A stretch of DNA of 64,000 nucleotides from an uncultured Chloroflexia bacterium (GCA_963807065.1 CAWDZQ010000003.1:1056427-1120426); one strand, 5' to 3'. Positions 1 through 10,306 are shown, counted from the stretch's first letter. Notes: generated by a model from the sequence alone, not told the origin. Numbers and translations: made by a program.

Positions 1-368
1 AGGCCGTCTTCCAGTACGGCCTGGATGGCGTCGAAGGGCTCGGGCGCCACCTCGTCTTGCAGGCCCGACAACTCGTCGGTGATGCTCGATGGCAGGACAT
101 CCACCCGGGCCGACAGAAACTGGCCGACCTTGATCCAGACGCCCCCCATATCGGTGGCCAGCTTGCGGAAGGAGCGCGCCGCTCCCTGGTACCGGCGGGC
201 CGCCGTGCGGCGAGCCAGCCAACGCAAACCCACGCGCCGCAGGACGATGTCCCAGAACAGAAAGCGTGCCAACAGGCCGGCGAAGTACAGCACGGCCCGG
301 CGATAGCGAGCTGAAAACCGCGGAGCGCGCCTTGCGCTGGCTGGTACGTCGAGGGTTGATCCTTCCAC
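1..368 (-). CDS. ABC1/UbiB-family atypical kinase, N-terminal part (gene runs off the left edge)
   Basis: Own minus-strand translation from GTG at 366-368 (AGGAGG just upstream) gives ...RYRRAVLYFAGLLARFLFWDIVLRR...FRKLATDMGGVWIKVGQFLSARVDVLPSSITDELSGLQDEV. This contains the GGxxIKxGQxxSxRxDxLP signature of ABC1/UbiB proteins. It is absent from the ORF track because it has no stop inside the window. Confidence 0.7.
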   Translation of the reverse strand, partial: MEGSTLDVPASARRAPRFSARYRRAVLYFAGLLARFLFWDIVLRRVGLRWLARRTAARRYQGAARSFRKLATDMGGVWIKVGQFLSARVDVLPSSITDELSGLQDEVAPEPFDAIQAVLEDG

Positions 369-585
369 TGAACCTCCTGGAATCAATGGCAGCGGCAGAA
401 TGGCTGCCTCCCTATCCTAGTCGATCTTTGAGGCGGCGGTCGACCCGCGCCCCATGATCGATTCAACCAGCCGGCCGCTCGCATGCGGCGGGAGGGCATC
501 TACCGCGCCCGAAAGACGCCACGCTCTGGACGATCATCTCAGGCTCGGATAGACTGAAAGCAGTCGGCGGCCGGAGGGAGGCTCC

Positions 586-1839
586 ATGCCAGAAAACGCG
601 GCAAACCAACATGATGTGGTGATCGTGGGCGCAGGCCCGGGGGGCTCATCCGCGGCCGCCTTCCTTGCCCGCGCCGGGCTCGATGTACTGCTGCTGGACA
701 AGGCATCCTTCCCGCGGGACAAGACTTGCGGAGACGCTGTGTCCGCGCAAGGCGTCGAGATCCTGGACGAACTGGGCCTCGGAACGAGGCTGCGCCGCAC
801 CGGCTTCAAGACCCCCGCGGTTACGATCGTGTCGCCATCCAGCTACCGGCTTCGCACCGACATCCCCCCCGCCGATGGGCTTCCGCGCTACGGCATTGTG
901 GTCAAACGCCTGGACCTGGACCAGATGGTGCTCGACGCCGCCGCGACCGCCGGAGCAACGTTTAAGGACAGGGTCCATGTCCGCGGTATGGAGCGCACGG
1001 CCGGTGGGTGGACGATCAGTGGCGACCGGGGCGGGACACGCTTCTCGGCCATGGGGCGGGTCGTGGTCATGGCCGTTGGGGCCTCCTTGCCCTTGATGCG
1101 CCAGCTCGATCTGGTACCCCAGAAGATGGAATTTGCCTTCGCTGCTCGGACCTATTTTGAAGATATCCTGGGGTTGGATGACTCGCTTCACATCCATTTC
1201 GACGGCGTGCCGCTGCCGGGCTACGGCTGGATATTCCCCGTCTCGGCAACCGCCGCCAACGTCGGGGCGGGCTTTTATCGCCGAGGGCCATCAACCCCGA
1301 CGACGGCTGCTGGCATGTTGAAGTCGTTCCTGGATTTTCCGCCGCTAGCCGAGCGTTTTCGCAACGCCAGGCAATTGGCTCCCATCAAGGGGTTCCCGAT
1401 CCGTACGGACTTCCACCGCTCTCGGTGCCTGGCGGACCGCCTGCTGGTCGTCGGCGAAGCGGCCGGTCTGGTCAATCCGTTCACCGGCGAAGGCATCGAT
1501 TACGCGCTCGAATCGGGGCGCATGGCCGCGCAAGCGCTGCTGGACGCGTTTCAATCGGGGGACATCGGCCGCTCATCGCTTGGCTGCTACGAACGATCCC
1601 TGAGGCGGCGATTTCAAATGCTCTTCAGACTGACGTACCTCATGCGGCAGCTCTATATGACGCCGGCGCTCCTCGACCCTCTGATCCGAGCCTGCGCCGC
1701 ATGGCCCGACATGGCCCGCCTTTTGATCTCCGTGCTCTTGTCGTACGAGAGCCCGATCAAGGCGTTTGCACCGTCAGTGATGGGACGCGTCCTTCTGACG
1801 ACAGCCTTAGGTGAGCCCAGGTCGCCTCGGTCCGTGTAG
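586..1839 (+). CDS. geranylgeranyl reductase family FAD-dependent oxidoreductase
   Basis: 417-aa ORF. N-terminal dinucleotide fold HDVVIVGAGPGGSSAAAFLARAGLDVLLLDK, CGDAVS motif, and C-terminal LLVVGEAAGLVNPFTGEGIDYAL typical of the GGR/FixC-like family. Confidence 0.85.
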   Translation: MPENAANQHDVVIVGAGPGGSSAAAFLARAGLDVLLLDKASFPRDKTCGDAVSAQGVEILDELGLGTRLRRTGFKTPAVTIVSPSSYRLRTDIPPADGLPRYGIVVKRLDLDQMVLDAAATAGATFKDRVHVRGMERTAGGWTISGDRGGTRFSAMGRVVVMAVGASLPLMRQLDLVPQKMEFAFAARTYFEDILGLDDSLHIHFDGVPLPGYGWIFPVSATAANVGAGFYRRGPSTPTTAAGMLKSFLDFPPLAERFRNARQLAPIKGFPIRTDFHRSRCLADRLLVVGEAAGLVNPFTGEGIDYALESGRMAAQALLDAFQSGDIGRSSLGCYERSLRRRFQMLFRLTYLMRQLYMTPALLDPLIRACAAWPDMARLLISVLLSYESPIKAFAPSVMGRVLLTTALGEPRSPRSV

Positions 1840-1867
1840 GGCCGGTCCAAAGCGCCGCCCCGGGCTC

Positions 1868-2995
1868 TTAGAACCCGACCCCAAAGAATCGGCCGATCAC
1901 GTAGGTCGCCACGGCCACACCCATCCCCACAAGAAACATCTCAAACCCGCTGCGGATCGCCGGCCGCCCGGTAAAGACCGCCCGGCTGGCCCCCACGGCG
2001 AAGTGGGCCAGCATGCTGATGCCGATTCCTGTCCAGATCGCAGCCGATCCGCTAAGAAAGACAAAGGGGACAATGGGAATCACTGCCCCCAACCCGGTCG
2101 AAATCCCGGTCAGCAGCCCCTCCTGCAGCGGCGTCAGCGACTTCTCGATGTCCAGTCCCAATTCATCTGCGGCCAGCTGGGCCAAGGCGGCTTCGGGCCG
2201 CCTCATCAATGCGTCGGCGACCTGGCTGGCTTCTTCTTCTGAAAGCCCTTTCTCCATGTAGATTTGTTTGAGCTCGTTCCGCTCCTGCTCCGGCATGTAA
2301 GTAATCTCAGCGCGCTCCAGCCGCAAATGGTGCTCACGGACCTCTTCTTCCGACCGCCCGGCCAAGAAGGCGCTGGAGGCCATCGACAATGCATCCGCCA
2401 GCAAACCGGCAAAGCCCGTCAGGAGCACGAGTTGGGCGGTGATGTTGGCGCCGACCACGCCCATGACCAGGCCGAAGTTGGCCGTGAGTCCGTCGTTGAA
2501 CCCATAGACCACCGACCGAAGCCAGCCGCTGGCGTCGACGCCCTGGTGCCACGGCTCGACATCGTGGGCCTCGTCCGGGCGGTGGAGCGTGCGCAGGAAT
2601 CTCGCGTGCGAGGTCTCGTCCTTCAGGACCTGGGAGAAGGTTTCATGGTCTCCGGAAGTTTCGGCCTGTCGCACATAGATGCCGATGTCGTTGACTTCAT
2701 CTCGCACCAGAAGACTGAGCAGGCTGTCGGCTCCCAGGAGACGTGACAAGCCGACAATCATGCGAATCCTCAGGTCCGGCCCGGTGCGGTGGGTTTCGAG
2801 CCCCAGCGCCTGGAGCTTCTGCTGCCAGACTTCGGCATGGCGGTCCTCTTGTTCCGCCATATCGGCCAGACCTGCGCGTACTTGGTCCGACCTGGCATGG
2901 GGGATGAGCTTGCGGTACAGAGCTGCGCTTTCCACCTCCCTGCGCCAGTTATCGATCAGGTCTTCTTTGTCCAGGGGTTGAAGGTCCGTCATCAC
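1868..2995 (-). CDS. VIT1/CCC1-family Fe/Mn transporter with N-terminal ferritin-like (rubrerythrin-type) domain
   Basis: 375-aa ORF. The N-terminal half has diiron-type ExxH pairs (AEQEDRHAEVW, LKDETSHARFL). The C-terminal half has the VIT1 membrane domain (NDGLTANFGLVMGV..., several hydrophobic helices). Confidence 0.8.
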   Translation of the reverse strand: MMTDLQPLDKEDLIDNWRREVESAALYRKLIPHARSDQVRAGLADMAEQEDRHAEVWQQKLQALGLETHRTGPDLRIRMIVGLSRLLGADSLLSLLVRDEVNDIGIYVRQAETSGDHETFSQVLKDETSHARFLRTLHRPDEAHDVEPWHQGVDASGWLRSVVYGFNDGLTANFGLVMGVVGANITAQLVLLTGFAGLLADALSMASSAFLAGRSEEEVREHHLRLERAEITYMPEQERNELKQIYMEKGLSEEEASQVADALMRRPEAALAQLAADELGLDIEKSLTPLQEGLLTGISTGLGAVIPIVPFVFLSGSAAIWTGIGISMLAHFAVGASRAVFTGRPAIRSGFEMFLVGMGVAVATYVIGRFFGVGF

Positions 2996-3371
2996 GGCTT
3001 GAGGCCAACGGCCCGCTGGCGTTCCTGCCCGGTCAAGGCAGGAGCGTCAAGAGCTTGGCGTTCGCCTCTTCCCTCCTTATCAAGTGCAATTCGATCCACG
3101 ATCTCTTCTTGGCGCGCAGCGACTTCGACTGATTCAAACCCAGACGTAGCTGGAGATTCAACGGGCACCACGCCCGCCATCTCACCTGGAGGGGTGATGG
3201 TCAGCACATTAGCCAGCAGGTGAGCCCCGGACAAACAAGGGCGCCACATCCAGATGCTCATGTGATCAGCGGGTATCAGAACGGTCACATGGGGAAGCTG
3301 ATCGAGAGCCACCTCAGGCGTATTCCATGCAGGCCAGCGCCGAACCCTGCATGTCGATCGAAAATGCCAAC

Positions 3372-4274
3372 TCAGATACGAATGGGTACCAGCAGCAACG
3401 GCAGCGATGAGCGCGCGGCGACGGCGGCCGCCACACTCCCCGCCCAGAAAGCTTCCATGCCGCTTCGGCCGTGGGTGCCGAGCACTATGATGTCGGCTCC
3501 ACATTCCTGGGCTTCCTTCACAATCGCACCGCTTGGATCGCCTCGGCGGACGGCCCTGGTCGCCGTCACGCCCTGGGCCGCCAGGTTCTCCAACATGGCG
3601 TCCAGATACGACTCTGCTCCTTCTAAACTCATGTCGAGCATGGCCGTCGTCACCCCGGGGAGCAGCTTCCCGGTCGCCGCATCCTGCCCGGTCAACGTCC
3701 CCAGCGTTCGTACCACCGTCACCAATTGCACGGAGGCGCCGCAAGACTTGGCCAAGTCGCCGGCCACCTGCATACCCTGCTCGTGCGCCGGATCGCCGTC
3801 CAAGGGGACGAGCACCAAACCGCAGCTGAAGTCATCACCAGGCGGCACACTTTGCGGATGGACAAACAACACCGGGGTCTTGCCCAGCGACGCCACCTGC
3901 TGGGCGATGCTGCCAAACAATCGAACTCCCAGCCCGCTCCGGCCGTGCGTGCACATGATGATCAGATCTGGAGCGAACTCGTCGACGTGATCGGCGATGC
4001 TTTGGGGCACGTCTCGAACGTAGTTGGTGTGCACGTGGCACCTGACCTTGATCGACGAACCGAATCGTTCCTTAGCGACATCTTCAAGGTAAGCCTGGGC
4101 TTCCGCCGGATCGTTGAGGTGTTTCTCACCATGAACCGCTTGGGGCAGGTCGCGTTCGATGATATGAATCAGCGTCACATCTGCCTTAAGGCGTCCCGCA
4201 AGATAGGCGGCCGGCGCCAGCGCGGCTTCGGACATCGACGATCCGTCCAGGGGGACCAGCAGCTTCTTGAACAT
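3372..4274 (-). CDS. tandem universal stress protein (two UspA domains)
   Basis: 300-aa ORF with two Usp repeats, each starting (L/V)LVPLDG and ending in a THGRSG motif (LIIMCTHGRSGL, IIVLGTHGRSGM). Confidence 0.85.
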   Translation of the reverse strand: MFKKLLVPLDGSSMSEAALAPAAYLAGRLKADVTLIHIIERDLPQAVHGEKHLNDPAEAQAYLEDVAKERFGSSIKVRCHVHTNYVRDVPQSIADHVDEFAPDLIIMCTHGRSGLGVRLFGSIAQQVASLGKTPVLFVHPQSVPPGDDFSCGLVLVPLDGDPAHEQGMQVAGDLAKSCGASVQLVTVVRTLGTLTGQDAATGKLLPGVTTAMLDMSLEGAESYLDAMLENLAAQGVTATRAVRRGDPSGAIVKEAQECGADIIVLGTHGRSGMEAFWAGSVAAAVAARSSLPLLLVPIRI

Positions 4275-4466
4275 GGTCTAGCCTCCGGCGCAAGTCTGAA
4301 GGGTCAGGTACACGTTTGATGCTTATGTTGACTCGGTCTTATGTCCCAGGTAACTGACCTCGGCGGTCCGGGCCAGTTCTTCGTCCCACGGCTTTAGGAT
4401 GTCATTCTCGGGCGATGTCAGTTATACAGCAAGCTTTGCCTCTTATCTCGGTCCATCAACCGAGGA

Positions 4467-5738
4467 TTAACGCACGGTGGCTCTCGGTCGCAGCCGCTGG
4501 GTTAGGAGATTCAACCCCTCAAGCAGCTGCGCATCCTGGCTTGACTTCAGGTCGGAGTCCGTCATCTGGCGTTCACCCTCGGGCGTCAGCGGCAGCACAC
4601 CTGTGGGCAAGGCAACCACCTGTCCGGGTTCGATGCCCTGGTGCCAGATGACCCGCCCCTTGGGTGTCAGCCACTCCTGGGTGGCCAAGAGCATCGAAGA
4701 TCCGTCCGCCAGCGGGAAATCCTGGAGGACGGTACCCGTGCCGAAGGTCGTCTCTCCGACGAGCTGAGCGCGGCCAGCATCTTGAAGCGCGCCCGAGACA
4801 ATCTCGGCGGCGCTGGCCGTTCCCTGGTTGATGAGCACCACCATCGGTAGATCAGGGGCCAGGGCACCCGATTTGACGGGAACGTGGATCACGTTGCCTT
4901 GGGCATCTTTTTCGAGCAGAACGTCTCCCGAGGTGAGGAACTGGCTCGTCACCCCGATGGCTTCGTCCAGCAGGCCGCCCGGATCATTGCGCAGGTCAAG
5001 CACAATGGCGGTCGCACCGCCGGCTTTGATCTCGCCCAGCGCCTGCTTCAGGTCTTGCGTGACACCCTGGCTGAAGACACTGATCCGCAGGTGCGCCACA
5101 TGGGTGCCGGGGAGCATCTGCCAAGTGACGTTGTGAATAGTGATCTCGGCCCGCGTGATGGTCACCTCGCGTTGCTGTCCGGTGTTGGGGTCCTGCAGGG
5201 TTAACGTCACCTGTGTACCGGCTTTGCCCAGGATCTTGGTGACCACCTGCTCCAGGGGCTGACCGGTCACGTCCTCCCCGTCGACCTTGATGACCACGTC
5301 GCCCGGCAGCACACCAGCTTTTTGCGCCGGCGAGCCGTCGAGCGGAGCCACGATCACCACGTGCCCGTCCTTCATTTGGACCTCAGCGCCGATGCCCGAG
5401 AACTTGCCCTGGATGGCGTTCTGCTCCTGGCTTCGCATCTCGGGCGTCAGAAACCGGCTGTGGCCGGTGTCCCCCAGGGCATTCACCATGCCGCTGATGG
5501 CAGCGTAGCTCAGAGTCTGCGGGTCGATGGAAGCCTGATCTACGTAGTTCTGGTCGATCATGTTCCATGCCTGTTCCATCAATTGAAAGGAGCCCTGTGC
5601 GTTGGCTGGAACATCAAGCGCCGTGCTGCCGGTGGTGTGAAGCCGGGCCTCGGTGATGGCAACACCGCCCACGCCTCCCAAGACCAGCATCAGCAGACTC
5701 AGGCTGGCCAGACCAAGCACTTTTATGCCTTTGTGCAT
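4467..5738 (-). CDS. S41 carboxy-terminal processing peptidase with PDZ domain
   Basis: 423-aa ORF with an N-terminal signal/anchor, a PDZ segment (GVLPGDVVIKVDGEDVTG) and an S41 core (VLINQGTASAAEIVSGALQD). Confidence 0.9.
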   Translation of the reverse strand: MHKGIKVLGLASLSLLMLVLGGVGGVAITEARLHTTGSTALDVPANAQGSFQLMEQAWNMIDQNYVDQASIDPQTLSYAAISGMVNALGDTGHSRFLTPEMRSQEQNAIQGKFSGIGAEVQMKDGHVVIVAPLDGSPAQKAGVLPGDVVIKVDGEDVTGQPLEQVVTKILGKAGTQVTLTLQDPNTGQQREVTITRAEITIHNVTWQMLPGTHVAHLRISVFSQGVTQDLKQALGEIKAGGATAIVLDLRNDPGGLLDEAIGVTSQFLTSGDVLLEKDAQGNVIHVPVKSGALAPDLPMVVLINQGTASAAEIVSGALQDAGRAQLVGETTFGTGTVLQDFPLADGSSMLLATQEWLTPKGRVIWHQGIEPGQVVALPTGVLPLTPEGERQMTDSDLKSSQDAQLLEGLNLLTQRLRPRATVR

Positions 5739-5992
5739 ACCTTCGCACCTTCTCCGAATGGGAACGTTCGTCGAATTTCACAGCGCAGGTGATCGACCAG
5801 CGGCCCGCGCCTTTCGCGCCGAAACCGTCGGCCCCTGGCCGACCCGTGTGAGCCAATGACATTGTAACAAGCAGACGAGAGCTGAGGGAGATGAGCACGT
5901 CTCCAGTTCCAGGCTCATTCACCGGAATCTCACCGGGCCAAGCACGCTGCTGGGCCGGCCTCTGCGAGCGCCGCGCGATCCAACACAGGGAT

Positions 5993-6028
5993 GCCGACTG
6001 CTTGTGAAATAATCCACAAGCAGTCGGC
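5993..6028 (-). terminator. strong hairpin just downstream of kynU (14-bp perfect stem, 8-nt loop), no clear U-tract
   Basis: GCCGACTGCTTGTG-aaataatc-CACAAGCAGTCGGC read directly. It lies 11 nt past the kynU stop. Confidence 0.45.
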
Positions 6029-6038
6029 CCGCGCCAGC

Positions 6039-7304
6039 TCACGTGACCGTCGGTGTGTCACCCAGATAGGCTTGGTAGCGCTTCTCGGTCACGATGCGCG
6101 CCAGGCGCTCAACGGCTTGGTGGATTTCCACGAATGACGTGTACAGCGGGGAAAGCCCAAAACGGATGTTTTCGGGCGGCCTAAAGTCGGGGAGAACACC
6201 GGCCTCCTGGATCAGGGCCTGGTCGATCGCCAGCGCGTATTCGTGCCCTAGCGCTACATGTCCGCCTCGGACTGCCGCGTCCTGCGGTGATTTGAGGCTG
6301 AATCCAAGGGGCGCCAGCCGATCCCGCCACAGGTCGATCAGATAACCTGTCTGCCGCACCGATTTGGCGCGCACCCGCGCCATCCCGGCCTCTCGCAGCA
6401 TGTCCACCCCGGGTTCGATGGCGAGCAGCGACAGGGTCGGTGGGGTGCCGGTCAGAAAGCGGCGCATCCCGCTCGCCGACTTGTAACCCAGGCTCATCTC
6501 AAAGGGCTGATCCTGGCTGAACCAACCCGTGATCGGGTTCACCAACCCCGGCTGTAAGTCACGCCGGACGAAGAGGAAGGCCGGCGAGCCTGGCCCCCCA
6601 TTGAGATACTTGTAGGTGCAACCCACCGCCAGATCAGCTTCAGCCGCGTGGAGATTGGCTTCGATGACGCCCACCGAGTGGCTCATGTCCCAAACCACCA
6701 GGGCGCCCACCTGATGAGTCAGGCGCGTGACCTGCGCCAGGTCGTGGGTGAATCCACTCTTGAAGGCGGTGTGTGAGATCGCCAGGAATGCGGTATCGTC
6801 ATCCAGGGCGCCCTCGATCTGGTCGGCCGGCAGGCTGATGCCGTCCGGTGAACGCAGGATGACGACTTCCCGCTCTCCTGCCTGGCGAGCGACGCCTTGC
6901 AGGATATAGATGTCCGACGGGAAGTTAAGATCATCGGTGACAATTTTCTTCCGTTCTGGCCTGGCCAGGGCGGCGGCCATGGCTGCTTTGTAGAGATTGA
7001 CCGAAGTCGAATTGGCGATCGCCACCTCGTCGGGGTCAGCGCCGATCAAGCCGGCCAGCTTGCCCCCCACTCTGAGGCTGGCCTCGTACCAGCCTTCATT
7101 CCAACCGCGAATCAGGCGATCCCCCCACTCGGTATCGACCGCCGCCAGCATGCGCGCCATGGTCGCCTTCGGAAGTCGGCCCAAAGAATTGCCGTCCATG
7201 TAGATTAGATCCGGGTCGCGGATCACAAACCGTTCTCTAAACGCGCCTAGGTCGTCTTCACGATCCAGGCGCTCTGCATGGCCTCGGCTGGTGTCCATCG
7301 TCAA
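6039..7304 (-). CDS. kynU: kynureninase
   Basis: 421-aa ORF: IYMDGNSLGRLPKATMARM...GWNEGWYEA...VVWDMSHSVG...CTYKYLNGGPGSPAFLFV, matching kynureninase (PLP fold type I). Confidence 0.9.
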   Translation of the reverse strand: MTMDTSRGHAERLDREDDLGAFRERFVIRDPDLIYMDGNSLGRLPKATMARMLAAVDTEWGDRLIRGWNEGWYEASLRVGGKLAGLIGADPDEVAIANSTSVNLYKAAMAAALARPERKKIVTDDLNFPSDIYILQGVARQAGEREVVILRSPDGISLPADQIEGALDDDTAFLAISHTAFKSGFTHDLAQVTRLTHQVGALVVWDMSHSVGVIEANLHAAEADLAVGCTYKYLNGGPGSPAFLFVRRDLQPGLVNPITGWFSQDQPFEMSLGYKSASGMRRFLTGTPPTLSLLAIEPGVDMLREAGMARVRAKSVRQTGYLIDLWRDRLAPLGFSLKSPQDAAVRGGHVALGHEYALAIDQALIQEAGVLPDFRPPENIRFGLSPLYTSFVEIHQAVERLARIVTEKRYQAYLGDTPTVT

Positions 7305-7690
7305 CTCGCTTGACTGCTCCGGGGAAGCTTGGCCGCCCTATTGTATCCCCGAGCCGGTGCGGGCCGACCGGGTGACCAGGGCGGGCACAACCACATTGCC
7401 TCATCCGAGCTCTCGGGGACCGCTTCCAAGGCATCCCGTGCAGGGGCGGATCACGCCACGGGTATGGCGCTCGGTCCAGCCTTGGGGGAGGTGGCCAACC
7501 CGGGTGCCTTCGGGGCTCCGTGTCGGATCCTGGCGATAAGGAACTCCCGCGGGCAGGTTCATGACAAATATCACGCCGCTCTCCAGCCTGCCCGGTGATA
7601 GGATGCGGAGTGGACACTTGCTCACCCTAGTTAGCCGCCTGAGCGCAGGCCCAGCCCGGGTCCGCCGAAGGCGTGACGGAGGTCGCTCTC

Positions 7691-9604
7691 ATGCTCGAAA
7701 CTGTCTCCCCAGCCTTTCACCCCACCGCGATCCATCCCCGCCATCCCGTACCCAGCGATATTGAGATCGCCCAGGAAGCTACCCTGAAGCCCATCAACGA
7801 AGTGGCTGACGAGATCGGCCTGCAACCGGATGAGCTGGAGCTTTACGGAAAGTACAAAGCCAAGGTGCGCCTGAGCGTGCTGGATCGGCTGCAGGATGTC
7901 AGCGACGGCAAGTACATCCTGGTGACCGCCATCACACCCACGCCTCTGGGGGAGGGCAAGACAACCACCACCGTCGGTCTGAGCCAGGCCATCGGCGCCC
8001 ATCTTGGAAAGCGGGTGTTCACCTGCATCCGCCAGCCCAGCCAGGGCCCGACGTTCGGCATCAAGGGCGGCGCCGCCGGCGGCGGCTACAGCCAGGTCAT
8101 CCCGATGGAGGACTTCAACCTCCACCTCACCGGAGATCTCCACGCCATCACTGCCGCCAACAACTTGCTGGCGGCGGCAATCGACACGCGCTGGTACCAC
8201 GAGAGCCGCCAGACGGACGAGCAGCTGTTCGACCGGCTGATCCCGATGGGCTCCAACGGCCGCCGAAAGATCGCCCGCGGCATCCGCGCCAGGATGGACA
8301 AGCTGGGGATCAAGGAAGCCGACCTGGAGACCCTGAGCGAAGAGCTGCGCCGGAAGCTGGTTCGGCTCGACATCGACCCGGACCGGATCAGTTGGCGCCG
8401 GGTGGTTGACACCAATGACCGATTCTTGCGTGGCATCACCATCGGGCGAGGAGAGAAAGAGGAAGGCTACGAACGCGAAACCGGCTTCGATATCACCGTC
8501 GCCAGCGAAGTGATGGCGGTCCTGGCGTTGACCACCGGTCTGGCAGATATGCGCGACCGCTTCGGCCGGATGGTGGCCTGCATTTCCAAGTCGGGCGATC
8601 CGATCACCGCCGACGACCTGGGGGTGGCCGGCGCGATGACCGTGCTTATGAAGGACACCGTCAAGCCCAACCTGATGCAGACTTTGGAGGGCACCCCAGT
8701 ATTCGTGCACGCGGGGCCGTTCGCCAACATCGCTCACGGCAACAGCTCGATCCTGGCGGACAAAGTAGCCCTCAAGCTGGCGGATTACGTGCTGACCGAG
8801 GCCGGATTTGGGGCCGACATCGGGATGGAAAAGTTCTTCGATATCAAGTGCCGCTATTCCGGGTTGGTCCCCAACGCCGTGGTGCTGGTGTCCACCGTGC
8901 GTGCCCTCAAGATGCACGGGGGCGGGCCCAAGGTCGTGGCAGGCAAACCGCTAGACCGGGCCTACACGGAAGAAAATCTTGAGCTGCTTGAGGCCGGATT
9001 GGGCAACATGAAGCACCACATCGCCTCCGCCCGAAAGTACGGGATCCCGGTGGTGGTGGCGGTGAATGCTTTCCCCGACGACACCGAGGCCGAATTGGAA
9101 ATGGTGCGTAAGGCGGCCGCCGAAGCCGGGGCCGAAGACGCCGTTGTATCCAAGCACTGGGCCGAAGGCGGCGCCGGAGCCGTTGACCTGGCCAAAGCAG
9201 TTGTAGCCGCAGCCGACAAGCCCAGCGATTTCAAGTTCCTGTACCCGCTGGGTGAGAGTGTCGAAGAGAAGATTCGGACCATCGCCGTCGAGATTTACGG
9301 GGCAGATGGAATCGAGTTCTCCGATTTGGCCAAGGAACAAGTTGAGCTGTACACCAAGCTGGGCTTCGACGGCCTCCCGATCTGCATGGCCAAGACCCAC
9401 CTTAGTCTGAGCCATGACGCGTCGCTTAAGGGCGTCCCCACGGGGTTCACCGTGCCGATCCGGGAAATCCGTGCCTCGGTCGGCGCAGGCTTCCTGTACC
9501 CACTGATCGGGTCGATGTCGACCATGCCCGGCTTGCCCACCCGACCGGCCTATTTCGACATCGATATTGATCCTGAGACCGAGAAGATCGTCGGGCTTTC
9601 TTAG
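7691..9604 (+). CDS. fhs: formate--tetrahydrofolate ligase
   Basis: The ORF track gives 7673..9604. I prefer the ATG at 7691 (GGAGG 8 nt upstream). Motifs: PSDIEIAQ..., [26 protein letters not shown]. Confidence 0.93.
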   Translation: MLETVSPAFHPTAIHPRHPVPSDIEIAQEATLKPINEVADEIGLQPDELELYGKYKAKVRLSVLDRLQDVSDGKYILVTAITPTPLGEGKTTTTVGLSQAIGAHLGKRVFTCIRQPSQGPTFGIKGGAAGGGYSQVIPMEDFNLHLTGDLHAITAANNLLAAAIDTRWYHESRQTDEQLFDRLIPMGSNGRRKIARGIRARMDKLGIKEADLETLSEELRRKLVRLDIDPDRISWRRVVDTNDRFLRGITIGRGEKEEGYERETGFDITVASEVMAVLALTTGLADMRDRFGRMVACISKSGDPITADDLGVAGAMTVLMKDTVKPNLMQTLEGTPVFVHAGPFANIAHGNSSILADKVALKLADYVLTEAGFGADIGMEKFFDIKCRYSGLVPNAVVLVSTVRALKMHGGGPKVVAGKPLDRAYTEENLELLEAGLGNMKHHIASARKYGIPVVVAVNAFPDDTEAELEMVRKAAAEAGAEDAVVSKHWAEGGAGAVDLAKAVVAAADKPSDFKFLYPLGESVEEKIRTIAVEIYGADGIEFSDLAKEQVELYTKLGFDGLPICMAKTHLSLSHDASLKGVPTGFTVPIREIRASVGAGFLYPLIGSMSTMPGLPTRPAYFDIDIDPETEKIVGLS

Positions 9605-9677
9605 GCTCGGAGCCCACAAGAATATGCTCCGCACTCGGACGGGCCAAGCCGTCCACCGGCGAACCCGGTGAGGCCAT

Positions 9678-10289
9678 ATGCCTGAGGGGTCACTACCCAA
9701 GCCGAGTGCGGAGCTGAAGGCTCTCCTCAATCAATCCGCAGGGCTTCACAAGCATCTCTGCCCGAGGCAGGTCCTCGGGGTTCGCATGGGCCTCTTTGCC
9801 GGCCGCCTGCTCGGCCTGTCCCTGCCCCAGACCGAACGCAAACGCTTGTTTGTCTTCATGGAAACCGATGGCTGTGCCGCCGACGGTGTATCGGTCAGCA
9901 CCGGCTGCTGGGTCGGCCACCGCACCTTACGCATCATCCACTTTGGCAAGGTCGCCGCCACGTTCGTCGACCGTCAGAATGGCGCCGCCTTTCGCCTCTC
10001 GCCGCACCCGCAGTCACGCCAGGCGGCGGTCGAGATGCTCCCGGGCCTGACCGGCTGGGAGGCCATGCTTAGCGCCTACCAGACGCTGCCTGACGACCGG
10101 TTGCTCGTGGCGCAGCGGGTGGCGTTCCAGGGCGATTTGGAGGCCATGATCAGCCGGCCGAGCGCCCGGGCGATTTGCGACTCGTGTGGGGAAGAGGTGC
10201 TCAACGACTTGCAGGTGGAGCGCCAGGGCATGACGCTCTGCCGGTCTTGCGCCGGCGAAGCCTATTATCGTCCCTTAGAAGACGACTGA
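9678..10289 (+). CDS. FmdE-domain protein with C-terminal zinc ribbon
   Basis: 203-aa ORF: HKHLCPRQVLGVRMG and ETDGCAADGVSV resemble the FmdE (formylmethanofuran dehydrogenase subunit E-like) domain. The C-terminus has CDSCGEEV...CRSCAG. Confidence 0.75.
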   Translation: MPEGSLPKPSAELKALLNQSAGLHKHLCPRQVLGVRMGLFAGRLLGLSLPQTERKRLFVFMETDGCAADGVSVSTGCWVGHRTLRIIHFGKVAATFVDRQNGAAFRLSPHPQSRQAAVEMLPGLTGWEAMLSAYQTLPDDRLLVAQRVAFQGDLEAMISRPSARAICDSCGEEVLNDLQVERQGMTLCRSCAGEAYYRPLEDD

Positions 10290-10306
10290 TCCGGCATACG
10301 CCTGAT

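Noticed and set aside
2992-3744. The 250-aa minus-strand ORF spanning the gap and the 3' part of the usp gene.
   Set aside because: Most of it overlaps the well-supported tandem-Usp gene in another frame and is Arg/Gly/Pro-rich nonsense. Only its last 60-90 codons, in the intergenic gap, are considered, as a low-confidence finding.
7305-7690. Possible ZTP (pfl) or THF riboswitch upstream of fhs, a gene often controlled by such elements. Fragments such as GGGUGACCAGGGCGGGCAC (about 7370-7395) and CCGCCUGAGCG (about 7634-7645) caught my eye.
   Set aside because: The pieces are only loosely similar to the ZTP consensus (GGGUCGUGACUGGCG...CCGCCUGGGC). They lie about 270 nt apart, and I could not build the required helices or pseudoknot by hand. 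cmscan with RF01750, RF01831 and RF02977 would settle it.
7631-8917. Long antisense ORFs opposite well-supported genes: 428 aa opposite fhs, 18206-19162 opposite trpS, 12506-13573 opposite prs/GNAT, 35074-36117 opposite an AI-2E gene, 52632-53894 opposite the SNF2-like gene, 57423-58403 opposite murE, and 59603-60694 opposite nuoM.
   Set aside because: These are typical stop-codon-poor shadow frames of GC-rich DNA. Their translations are Arg/Gly/Pro/His-rich low-complexity strings with no recognisable motifs, while the opposite strand encodes highly conserved proteins.
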